Source: Camelus dromedarius (Eukaryota). Taken from it: a stretch of 64,000 nucleotides of DNA. Below, one piece after another: positions 23,141 through 33,513 of this stretch. Each line of letters opens with the position of its first letter. The stretch's first letter is position 1. The notes under the pieces were generated by a model. It was given only the letters and a program-made list of their open reading frames with translations. It searched no databases and was not told where the DNA came from. Position numbers and translations under genes: made by a program. The stretch covers positions 47,058,001 to 47,122,000 of the forward strand of contig NC_087453.1 of assembly GCF_036321535.1 (NCBI RefSeq), read 5' to 3'.

Positions 23141-23230
23141 ACCGTCACCTGCCTCTTCACCATCAGCACTGAACCCTGGAGAACAGTGTTTGAGCTCCTG
23201 AACAACACGTGCTCAGAGGGGCTCCTCTGA
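23141..23230 (+). CDS. CST9L: CST9L copy A coding exon 3
   Basis: Pyrimidine-rich acceptor cccccgcAG; TVTCLFTISTEPWRTVFELLNNTCSEGLL*. Confidence 0.92.
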   Translation, partial: TVTCLFTISTEPWRTVFELLNNTCSEGLL

Positions 23231-23410
23231 GGGAGACCACGGCCCCGCCTGGCCTCTGCTGTCCTGCCCCTGGCCACCAGCGAGGCCTGTTGTGGCCCTC
23301 TGGTGGCGGAGCAGCTCCGGTTCTGTTCCTTCACGAGCAGGTGTCTGGGGGGGTCACATCCGGGCGAGGTGGAAATTGCTCCCTGTCCATTTCCCCCCGT
23401 AGAATCGGCC

Positions 23411-23416
23411 ATTAAA
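23411..23416 (+). terminator. Putative polyadenylation signal ATTAAA of CST9L copy A
   Basis: ATTAAA 180 nt after the stop codon. Confidence 0.6.
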
Positions 23417-25930
23417 CACCAGCATTTCCGGCAGCCTGTGCCGCCTGGTCCGGAGGGCGGGGGCCGGGCAGGGAAGGCGTCCTCCCGCCAGGGCTGCCGC
23501 TGGCCTAGGGGCGGGTCTGCTCCGCCCTGGACACCTGAGACAGCTGCAGGTGACACCACTTAGCAAGCGCAGGTGGTCTGATCTCCATCTCTGGGCTCAC
23601 GTGATGGCCTGGTCCTCAGGGCGGCATCGCCATGACCTGACGGGAGCCCAGGGCCGACGCGCCTCTGGCCCTCAGTGCCTGCCTCGGGGGGACTGCTCAC
23701 ATCTGCCCAGGTCCAGCAGGGCGCTCGGGGCAGCGGGAGGACATGGAGGGCCCAGCCTCCGGCATCAGCAGTGGCTCCTGGGGCCCCTTTAGAAGCATGC
23801 AGCTCGGGGACTCTGCACCTGCGACGAGGACCCGGGCCCTTGGGACAATTCGACTTGCGAGGCACTGCGGCTGCTGCTGCCCCAGAGGCCCCGCCCCTCC
23901 CCCAGAATGCCACCTGGCCAACTCGCCTGGCCCTGCGGCCTGGCTCTCAACACCCCCACCCCCGCCAGGCTGTGTCTGGAAACACCGCGGACAACGTGCA
24001 CTGAAGCGGGAGTGGGCACGTTCCAGGAAGACCTCACTCCCACGCAGGGTCTCCCTGGTGGAGGGGTCAGGTCACATGGTGTGAGGATGCCTGGTCGCAT
24101 CCTCCACAGGCACCGGATGGCTTCCCAGGCCTGTGACTGCAGCGGAGCTGAGGGGAGCCCGGTGCGGGGTCCTCGCTGCTGGCCGGGCACCACTGGGTGT
24201 GAGCACAGCTGTGCTCCTGTCCCTCTGCCACCTGTGCCCGGACTGGGCCGGCTGCTCTGGAAGACAGCCCACCCCTCCTTTGCTTCCTCTCTGGCCCTTC
24301 CTGACCTGTGGCTCTTCCAAGAGAAGGAAGCTTAGAGGTCCTTTACCCTCCGTGATTCCTGTCCAGTGTCCGGGGAGCCCTCTGCTGTCCTGTTCCTGGC
24401 CACCCGGGTCCGCCGAGGGTTCTGTCAGTGTGGATGACGAGGGTGCCCGTGAGGGACGCTGAGTGGGGCCTAGGGCACTGTGTGTGCACGTGGTGCTCCC
24501 TTCCCCGGGGAAGGGGGAGAGCACGGCGGTGTCTGAGCCCTGAGGGGGTGGGGAGGAAGCGGGATGCCAGCTGACACCCGGGGCTTAGCGCCTCCCCTGC
24601 CCACTGGCTGACCCTCTCTGCGCCGGGCGCTGGGCCAAACCTCAGGGTTAGCCCCGCTCCGCCACGGGCCAGTCCTGACCCTCCTCTGTGCCCCGAGCCT
24701 TCGGCACCTACAGGCCCACTCTCCACACAGGGAGAGCATGGGCCATGCCTTTCCTGAAAGCTGCTGTGAGGGACAAAATCCAGGGTCACGGAGGGGAGGT
24801 GCTGCAGCACGGCCACGTCCCCCTTTGGGTTGGAGCTTCTCGGTGCTCCTCCTCCGTCCTCATCTCTGCCGTGGGTCCCCTGGGACCTGGCACACACGCC
24901 ATCTCCCACCGTGTCTGGACCTCGGCCACAGCCTTGGGACAAGTTAAGGTGGGGCCCAGCGGTGACACGGAGATGGAGGCCGTGTGAAGACCCCAGGAGT
25001 GCTTCCCCACCGTGACTGTCAAAGTGACCCTGAGCATCGGCCAGGGGAGGAACCCCAGAAGGAGAGTGCAAGGGAACAGGCCTCGAGCAGGTGGGTGCCT
25101 GGAGCCCTAGACACGGGCATAGCCCCCGGAACTGAAGGAGGCGGTCCCTCCTCCTCCAGGCTGTCCACTTGGGTCACCCTGAAGTATCTCCTCATCACGG
25201 GGACTCGTGGGACCCATCCGCCCCATGCAGTGTGGGCCCCCCTGAGGCTGGGTCAGCACCTTGTGTCCCTTTGGAGCCCCCCCACACACGGGGTGTCCAA
25301 GTCAGATTCCCTTGCTCGTTAGCACCCGGCAGGCATACGTGTCCCCAGTAACCAGACGTCACCACCAAGTGTTGAAATCTACGGCTCCATAGACGTGCCT
25401 TCTCGTGACGATTCCCTCACTCACGTCACTAGTCAAATGGCACCCGGAAGCGTGTGTGTAGCCGTGGCGGCGAGCACTGGTCCGGCCACGACAGCGCATC
25501 CCGGTGACGGCGTGAGAGGCTCCATCCGTCGCAGACTCCAACCCTCCTCCCCCATCAGAACATCACCAAGGAGCTGGAATATTTGGGAGAACAGCTGGTG
25601 CAGTTACAGGGACACCCGCGCTCCCCAGGCCCCTCGGGCAGAGCCGACGTCAAGAAGACTGAACATGATACAGGACAAAGGAGGGGGAGGCCTAGAACTA
25701 GACAGCGTCACAGTTTCCGGTCAACACCTGCACCCAACATTCAGTGACTGTTTCCTAATGATGATGATAATCAGGAAATCAAGCGTTAAACTGTAAAAAT
25801 GCTTCTCTGGCCGAGAGGAAGGGGGAGCGGACCCGCCCCTAGGCCAGCGGCAGCCCTGGCGGGAGGACGCCTTCCCTGCCCGGCCCCCGCCCTCCGGACC
25901 AGGCGGCACAGGCTGCCGGAAATGCTGGTG

Positions 25931-25936
25931 TTTAAT
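25931..25936 (-). terminator. Putative polyadenylation signal ATTAAA of CST9L copy B
   Basis: tttaat on the + strand; mirror of 23411-23416. Confidence 0.6.
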
Positions 25937-26116
25937 GGCCGATTCTACGGGGGGAAATGGACAGGGAGCAATTTCCACCTCGCCCGGATGTGACCCCCCC
26001 AGACACCTGCTCGTGAAGGAACAGAACCGGAGCTGCTCCGCCACCAGAGGGCCACAACAGGCCTCGCTGGTGGCCAGGGGCAGGACAGCAGAGGCCAGGC
26101 GGGGCCGTGGTCTCCC

Positions 26117-26206
26117 TCAGAGGAGCCCCTCTGAGCACGTGTTGTTCAGGAGCTCAAACACTGTTCTCCAGGGTTCAGTGCTGATGGTGAAGAGGCAGGT
26201 GACGGT
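26117..26206 (-). CDS. CST9L: CST9L copy B coding exon 3
   Basis: Mirror of 23141-23230, same translation. Confidence 0.9.
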   Translation of the reverse strand, partial: TVTCLFTISTEPWRTVFELLNNTCSEGLL

Positions 26207-26694
26207 CTGCGGGGGAAACGCAGGGGAGGGAGCGTGGGTGGAGGGGCCTTGGGAAGCTGGTGGCTCTGGCTCTAAGCCCAGCACCCACACAACTTTGCAC
26301 TCCTGGGGGCGGGGGCGGCAGGGGGTGCAGGCTCCTGCCCTCGGTCGTGGATGCCCCCGACCTGGGACTCGCTCCTGACCCCAGGGCGCCTGTGTCCTTC
26401 TTTCCCCGCCAGGCCTGTGGTCCCCAGAGGCTGTCCCAGTGGGACCAAGCCCCCAGCGCCCCATTGGGAGTCTCCCTGCACACCTGCTGTCTCCCGGGGG
26501 CCTCGACCCTGCGGGGCTTGTCCTGGGGCGGGGTTCAGCCCCTTGTCAGCTGGAGCAGGAGTGGGAGTTCCGCGGGGCAGGGTGCCGGTCACCCCCCTGT
26601 GTCTCTAGGAGCGGCGCTGTCATCACTGCCACAGCCCCGCCCCCGGGGCGGCATCCACCCCGTGTCACCCGAGGGCGGCTGGTGCGTCTCTTAC

Positions 26695-26808
26695 GTTGTT
26701 CACGTCCGGACGTCCTTGAAACGGACAGTTGTCAATGTCTTCGTCAAACTTCCCACACCTGGTGCGGGTGAGCTGCAGCTCCGTGGAGAACACCATGGCG
26801 GTGTCCAC
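26695..26808 (-). CDS. CST9L: CST9L copy B coding exon 2
   Basis: Mirror of 22539-22652, same translation and splice sites. Confidence 0.9.
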
Positions 26809-27806
26809 CTGTGGTCGGGGAGACACCGAGGTGAGGGCGTCCCTCCTGCCCGCGGGTGGCAGGCACAGCAGGTCCCCGCAGAGCGGGAGGGCGGGCCGGG
26901 CCGGGGGTGCCGGCTCCGCAAGTTTGCTGGGTCAGTCCGTTCTGAGAAAGGGGGGCTCACCCTCACGCCCCATGTCACGCTTTCACCTGCCCCACGGCAG
27001 GAAAATGCCGCTCGGCGCTACGGCTACACACACGCACACACGTGCACACACACACACACACTCACGCACACACTCACACACGCACACACACACTCACAAG
27101 CGCACACAGGCCAGACGTGCTCCTCCAGCCGAGGGTCTCAGTGTTGGCGTCTGCAGCCCACGTGGAAATCGCACCCCTGCTGGCACTCTGCAGAGACCCC
27201 ACGGCCAGGAGAACAGTTTAGGATTAAGAACCAAGGTCCGGAAGAGTGTAAGTCACACTCAGCCTGCGTGGGCGGAGACCCGGAAGGCGCCCAGAGCAGG
27301 TGGGGTCAGAGGAGAGGCCGTGACCTCGCAGGGGTCCTCAGGGCCAGGGGACCCTGCGGCCTGCCCCCACCCCTCCAGGCCCCGGCCTCCTCCCTCCCTC
27401 CGTGCATGTCTGGGCGTCTCTGTCTCTCTCTTTCTGAATTAACCCACTTTACTGTTATTTCCTTGAAATATTTTCTGAATCTATCGAATCCAATACTCCC
27501 TGAGGTTTTTCTTTTTTTTTTAACTAAATACCTTCATCCCCTCATCGGCCATATTTTGGTCATTCTTCATTAAACCACGTCCAGAGATGACGAAAACTGA
27601 AGACACACCTTACGTGTGAGTTGATGGACTGAGGCGCTAAAAGTTTCCAAGTTACTCCTTTGATAGGGACTGAGAGCGACTGAACAGACTGCATTTCCCC
27701 TCTGCTTTACGGGCTTCGGGTGGGGAAGAGGACGGCCCGACGGGACCCTCCCCCGGCCTCCCGCGAGAGCAGGTGCCGGCCGGCGGGGCGGGCGCGTGGT
27801 ACCCAC

Positions 27807-28136
27807 CGGCTCCCTCCAGGACCTCAGGACACGCTTCACCTTGTAGGCGTTCTCGTCCTGGCTCCTCAGGTTGAACTCGTGTACGGCGTACTCCACGGTG
27901 GCAGGTAAGTACCTTTCCAGCACCCTCTGGTCCTCCGCGCTCACTTCCCTCTGGAGACCCCAGCCGCGCGCCTCCAGGAGCTGGGGACCCAGGAGAAGCA
28001 GGAGCAGGGCCCAGGGCCGAGCCCACCTCCACCTGCCCCGCCGGCGCTGCGTGGCTGTGGGCGGCCGGGCTCCCGTGCCTCCCGCCTTCCCCACTCCGGC
28101 TCCCACCCTGCCTGCCTGGGCCTCGGTCCAGTCCAT
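27807..28136 (-). CDS. CST9L: CST9L copy B coding exon 1 (ATG at 28136, ACG at 28052)
   Basis: Mirror of 21211-21540. Same orientation as CST3, which is the orientation of CST9L in human. Confidence 0.85.
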
Positions 28137-31100
28137 CTGCTCCAGGACGCACTCCTCCGCTGGGCCTCCCTCTGGCGTTGCACCCTGTGTCTTCCCTCCT
28201 GTGACCCTGCCTCCTCCTTCCGAAGCTGATAGAGCTCCCGCGGGCCCAGGGCAGAGACACAGGAGCCAGGCGGGGGCGGGAGGGGCCGGCCGTGGAGGAG
28301 GGCCCGCTGCAGCGGAAGCCCAGCGCAGGCGCCCCTGGACCCCTCCGGGGGAGGGAGGCTTGCCTGGAGGCCCCAGACCGAGACTCCGAATCGAGGACTC
28401 AGTCGCGAGAGGTTTCGGAGGAAGGTGGTCCGTGGGCACAGCAGTGGGTGAGGGTCAGCGGGACGAGGAGGGACAGGGCCGCAGAGGAGGGGTTGCCGAG
28501 GGCCGGCTTTGAGGGCGGCAGAGGCGCCTGCCCAGACGTCGAGGGCATTCATGCTAAGAAGGCAGCAGGGGCCGGGGTCCTGACAGGTGCGGGCGTGGCC
28601 TCGTCCCACGTGGCCCCCAACCCCCCGAGTTGTGGAGCAGTGAGGCTCGTGGCCCCTGGGCTGGCGCCAGGTCAGAGGACGTGCAGGTCCTGGACACTCC
28701 TGGGCCCCGGAGCTGCCGGCCAGCCCCTGCGTCTCCCTTCCCGCCCCCACTCCGCTCCGGGGTGGTCAACCTTGCTGTGTGATGGCCACGCCCCCTCCAC
28801 CGACCCACGGTGGCCTCCCACGCCCCTTTTGTTGGGGTGTCGTTAGGGGAGGAAGCGTGAGTGTAGGAGGAGCAGAGAGGCGGGGGTCGGGGGTGGACCC
28901 AGCGTGCTCAGGGAGGCTGAGCTGTGTCCACGGGAGACAGAGGACACGGCACAGAGGACACTGCTTCCTGTGCAGAGTCTGTTTCTGCAGAAGACACCTT
29001 CCCAGCCTCCCACTGGGGCGGCTCAGGCAGCTCTGGGATGACCCCACAACACACTCTTTCCAATCCAGGCCTCAGCTCTGTGCCCTGACATAGGCCTTTA
29101 GCCTCTGTTCCCGGCTCCTTGAGACCTTCAGAGGGGACCGGAGTCCCCCAGAGGCCTGTGGGTGCCCTGCTCCTGGGCCTCCCCGGCCCTGCGGGATTCT
29201 GACCCCAGTCTGGGCAGGCCCTGGGCATCCGCACCCTAGCCCGTTCCCGGGGCCATTGCCGCTCCTGCCTCTGGACCACACTTTGAGCAGCTCGGTTCAG
29301 GGCCCCCGGGCCTGGATGCAGTGGAGCCACAGTGAGAAATCCACCCCACGTGGGCTGGGGACTTGGGGCTGGAGGATGGTCTGGGGGCTGCACCAGCTCA
29401 GGGGAGGGGTCAGAACACCATGCTGGTGAGAGAGAAAAAGGTGGGTGTCCAGAAGCCAGGTGTCCGCGAGCAGGTGGGGCCTGTGTGGGGAGAGGGGTTG
29501 CTGTGAACCTGCCAGCCTGTCCCTGCACAGACTCGCTCACAGCCGGGGGCTTCCTGGGGTTGGGGGGAAGCTCTGACACTGCCTCACCTTCCCGCTCGCG
29601 GGGTCCCTACATTCACGATGCCCACTGTGTGCTCACAGCTCATCCTCCCCTGAGATCTTGGCTGCCTGTTCCCAGGGAAATGAGCCCCCAGCCTCTTATC
29701 TTTAAAGAAAGGGAGACTTTTTGGTCAAGTGCCATGGTCACTGTTCCCCGGTCTCCAAGTACAGGACTCAGTCCTGGCCCAAGGCTGTCATGTTGCAAGT
29801 TGCCATTTGCAGGGAACAAGGGAGACGGGAGTCACGTGTGAGAAGGAGGAAGCTGTGCAGGGAGACTGCCGAGAGCTGCATCTGTGGACGAGTGAGCCAC
29901 CTCAGAGCAGAAGGAGGTCGCCCCCACGTGGCGGCGCTAGAGGCCAGACGTGGGACAGAACTCTGCGTGGCTCCATTTTAAGGAGGAAATCAAAGTCGTC
30001 AAAGTCACAGAAGCAGAAAGCGGGGGGGGGGGGTCTCCCAGGGCTTGAGGGAGGGGAGTGGGTGATGTTGGTCAGAAGGGACAAAGCTTTAGCTATAAGA
30101 CAAGCACTTTCTGGGCACAGACTGTGCGACAGCAGGCCTTCCGTGCACTTGAACCCGAGCTGGGGGGTCCGTGGTGTGTGCTGTTGCCAGGAAAGAGAAG
30201 CAACTGCTAAACCCCGAGCGGGCAGGCGCCCCGTGGGGGCGGCGAGCAGTCGACGGCCTAGATTGCGTAGGTTGGTCTGATGGGCCCTAGTCTCCCGACA
30301 CTTAAGTGTAGACATCGGTTGTATGCCAAGCGTGTTTCCATAAAGTGGTTTAACCAGACAAAAACCGCACAATAGCCTGTCTCTTCTCAGCCGGATTTAA
30401 GCTCTTAAAACTGAAACGGAAGCGCAAGCAGCATGACTTTTAGCTGGAGAATCAACATGCAAGTCTGGAGGCAGGTTGGGGTTGTCAGCAATTGTAGGCA
30501 CGTCTTGGTGGATTTCCAGGGGGAACAGGCAGCGGAGGCATTCATAAGTCCTGAGACCCCTGGATGGATGGCAAGTGTCCCGCCAGGCCAGCAGAGCCCA
30601 CAGAGGCCCCTCGCTTTGTCACTGGAGGAGCCTGAAAAACGGGTCTCTCCTGCCAGTGTCTGTGGCCTCCCCATCCCGAGGGCCAGGCCCCTGTATATTC
30701 GAAGTGATGTCCGTACATTCACCCCTGAGGGAAGGTTTGGAGGCCTGTGAACAGCATGGATCCTCACAGCGTGGCCCAGGAGAGGGCGGGAGGAGCTCAG
30801 GAAAACTCATCCTGGAGAATCCTGGAGGATGGCTGCCTCTTTGAAAGGCTCTGATAACCAAACTTGCCCTCCCAGTTTCAAATTCCAAGTGTTGGGAAGC
30901 TTGGGGTCAAGTCCCTGTGTCCTGCCCTCGCAGCTGGGAACCCAGCACCATCCCCAGCTTTCCCAGCCCCTCCCCTCCTCTTGCATGTGATCTCAGGTCA
31001 AGTTCCCACGTGGGTCGTGGGCAGCCGTTGGCTCCCGGCACCTCCCCCCATTCCTGGGCCCCTGTTCTCCTCTGGGATGAAATCAGAGGGAGCTGCCCAC

Positions 31101-33513
31101 TATCCCCGGGCCTGGGAACTTCCGGGCCAGGCACCTCCCTCCACCTCTGCGGCCCATGTCGCGGAAGCCCTTCTGCACAGGTGTCTGGATCTGCCCCCCT
31201 CCAGGTGCTCTCTCACTGCGCACGGAGCCCCCGACGGTCATTCTGATGCTCTGGTCAGGCTTGCCGCTGCTCTTTTCAGACTGGTCTCTCTAGACGCAGC
31301 CAGTGACAGGCCTGTCCTTTTTGCCTTCACTGCTTCCCCGGCATGGACGGTGCCCGCTTTCTCCTTGGGACGACTCCGTTCAGAGTCCATTTTGGGTCTC
31401 CTGAGCAAGTTTCCATCAACTCAGCCAAATTTCCACTTCCTCAGCTGGTGGTGTTTGGAGATCAGCCACAGATGCCCAACACGGGCGCTTCCTCTGAAAA
31501 CATCGCACAGGAAACTCAGTGCAGAGATGACCCTCCCTTTGGGGGAATAACATCTGACTCAGTCCATTTTCCATCTATTTAACTTTTCCAGGCATGTCAG
31601 CTGTTCTGGACCAAGCCGACGTCCTTCTCCAGCCTCCCCACCCGCCCTGTGACTTCAGGCTAAGGAACTAGCCTCGGGATCTTCTCTGCTGTCCACATAC
31701 AGGGGGTCGAGGTCAAAGGTGGCCCTCGGCGGTACTGAGATGTGTGTGTACCGTCGGAGGCGGGGGTGCGTGGGCCCCTGGCCCGGGCACAGCGGAGAGC
31801 CGACGTTGTCCGTCTGGTAGTTGCCCACTTCGGGTCAGCAGGGCAAGCCTGTGACCAGACCAGCCACAGGGAGACCCTGGGAGAGCTGGAACATGAGGAC
31901 CGGCTCCCAGAGCCCGGACGGCGCTTGGAGCAGATGGGACTTAATCTCAAGAGCATCTGCACTTTCTGTCAGTACTGAAGTCCTTTAGAAAAAAGTAAAA
32001 TAGTGCTTCTCAGCTTTTTGCATCCCCGTGAACGCAGGGAGAAGCTGTGGGACCTCAGAGTGATGGGGTGGGGCGGGGGGGCCGGGCTGAGGGGAGGCCC
32101 TCCTCCGTGGGGTGTCCTCCACAGGGCATCCGGCGAGGAGCAGTGCGGAAGGAAAGGACGGTGCCCAGGGACACCCAGGAGTCACTCAGAGAGAGGTTTG
32201 TGGCATTTATCTTTAGATTTTCCAACGAAACAGTCTCGGCTAACCATGGGAGAGCTTCGTTCACCAGCGTGTGTCCAAGAGCGCAAGGCCTGGGCTTCGC
32301 AGGCAGACCCTGGGGTGGCAGGCCCTGCCCTCAGGCTCCCGCCACCCTGGCCTCTGCGCCCCTCCCTCTCCCCGGACATCCTTCCTTAGAGCTTGCACGT
32401 TGCCCCGTCTCATGAGATTGCAAGATCGCTTCGGGAAAAAAGCTGAAATCACAGTAGCGTTCACTTTTCCCGGCGCTGAAACATCCCAACCAACCAAACA
32501 GAAACCTCTCAGCAACCAGCGGACCCCTCAACGAGAGCTCAGGGCGCCAAATTTAGCCCCGGGAGAGTGCGCTCGGCCCGGAGCCGCCCCGTCCCGCCGT
32601 GGGCTTAGACGTGCACCTGGGAAGACGGGCTGTGGCTCCGCACCTGGTCTGCCCTGCCAGTCAGTCTCCACCTGACTCCACTCAGCCACCCTCTGGGCAC
32701 TGCTCACACCTCCCCAAATTCCTGCGCCCGCATTTCTGTGAGACGTTATGTCTCTCGCCTCTCCAAGGCAAGTGAAGGGTCTAGCCCACCAGGGTGTCCC
32801 TCTTCCTCTCTCTTACACACAGATGTAAAGAGAGAACAGAGCTATTAAAAGGTGGAAACCATTTGCACACACGCCAGGTGGAAGCTTAAATGGGGAGATG
32901 TATTTAGAACAAGGTGCAGCGACCACATTTCCAGGTCGCCAGTGACGGCCTTCTCTTCCGTTCTGCCAGCTGCTCCCTGCTGGGCTCCGCCAAGGTTTTG
33001 GGGGGAGGGTACTGCCAGGCGGAGGAGGTGGGAGGGGGGCCCTGCGAAGACGGCCTTCTCAGGAGGCTGTGACTCTCCCAGGAGGTGGGCCCAGGACTGA
33101 CGAGAGCAGGAAGCTGTCTCCTGCAGGCGGCGGTCTCCTCCCTGGTTCTGCGGCCACGTGAGGGGGGTGGTGTACTTCTCATCTGAGTAAGGTCAGTTCT
33201 GTTAATTTCACGGCCAGAGAAGTATAACTTACAGAACACAACAAGCGGAGAAACTCAGTTTTTTACTTGTGTGGATAACAGTTGGAGCCAGTGCTCTCTC
33301 TTGCTGTGTATCTGTTCTCTTTTCTTGAATGACACACCTCTGGAGCTGCGGTTTGGCACGTGACGTGACCACCTGCTTGGACACTGGCTCCCAGTCCCCT
33401 GGCAGCTGGGCATGGTCGCGTGGGTCATGAGGTCTTTGGTTCTTTCTCTGATCTTGTTTTTCCCTTAAACTTTTATTTGCTACAATTTAAAACTTACAGA
33501 GAACTTGTAAACC

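Larger units (their letters stand above)
19791..23523 (+). repeat. Left arm of about 3.73-kb inverted duplication (palindrome) containing CST9L copy A
   Basis: Reverse complement of 25824-29556. Mirrored coordinates and mirrored ORF pairs all sum to 49347 (e.g. 20908..21777 vs 27570..28439). Confidence 0.97.
25824..29556 (-). repeat. Right arm of the inverted duplication containing CST9L copy B
   Basis: Reverse complement of 19791-23523. Confidence 0.97.

Noticed and set aside
25551-25700. ITKELEYL after an AG in the palindrome spacer, resembling the cystatin exon-2 start ITDSLEY
   Set aside because: No CxK...C pattern and no donor at +114; most likely chance.
31835-31837. In-frame TGA next to Cys as possible selenocysteine
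   Set aside because: No known selenoprotein motif matches and no SECIS could be identified by eye.
32904-33182. Acceptor-like site and ORF ending WKCGRCTLF (RanBP2 zinc-finger-like)
   Set aside because: Half a motif followed immediately by a stop; the rest is low-complexity and unrecognised.
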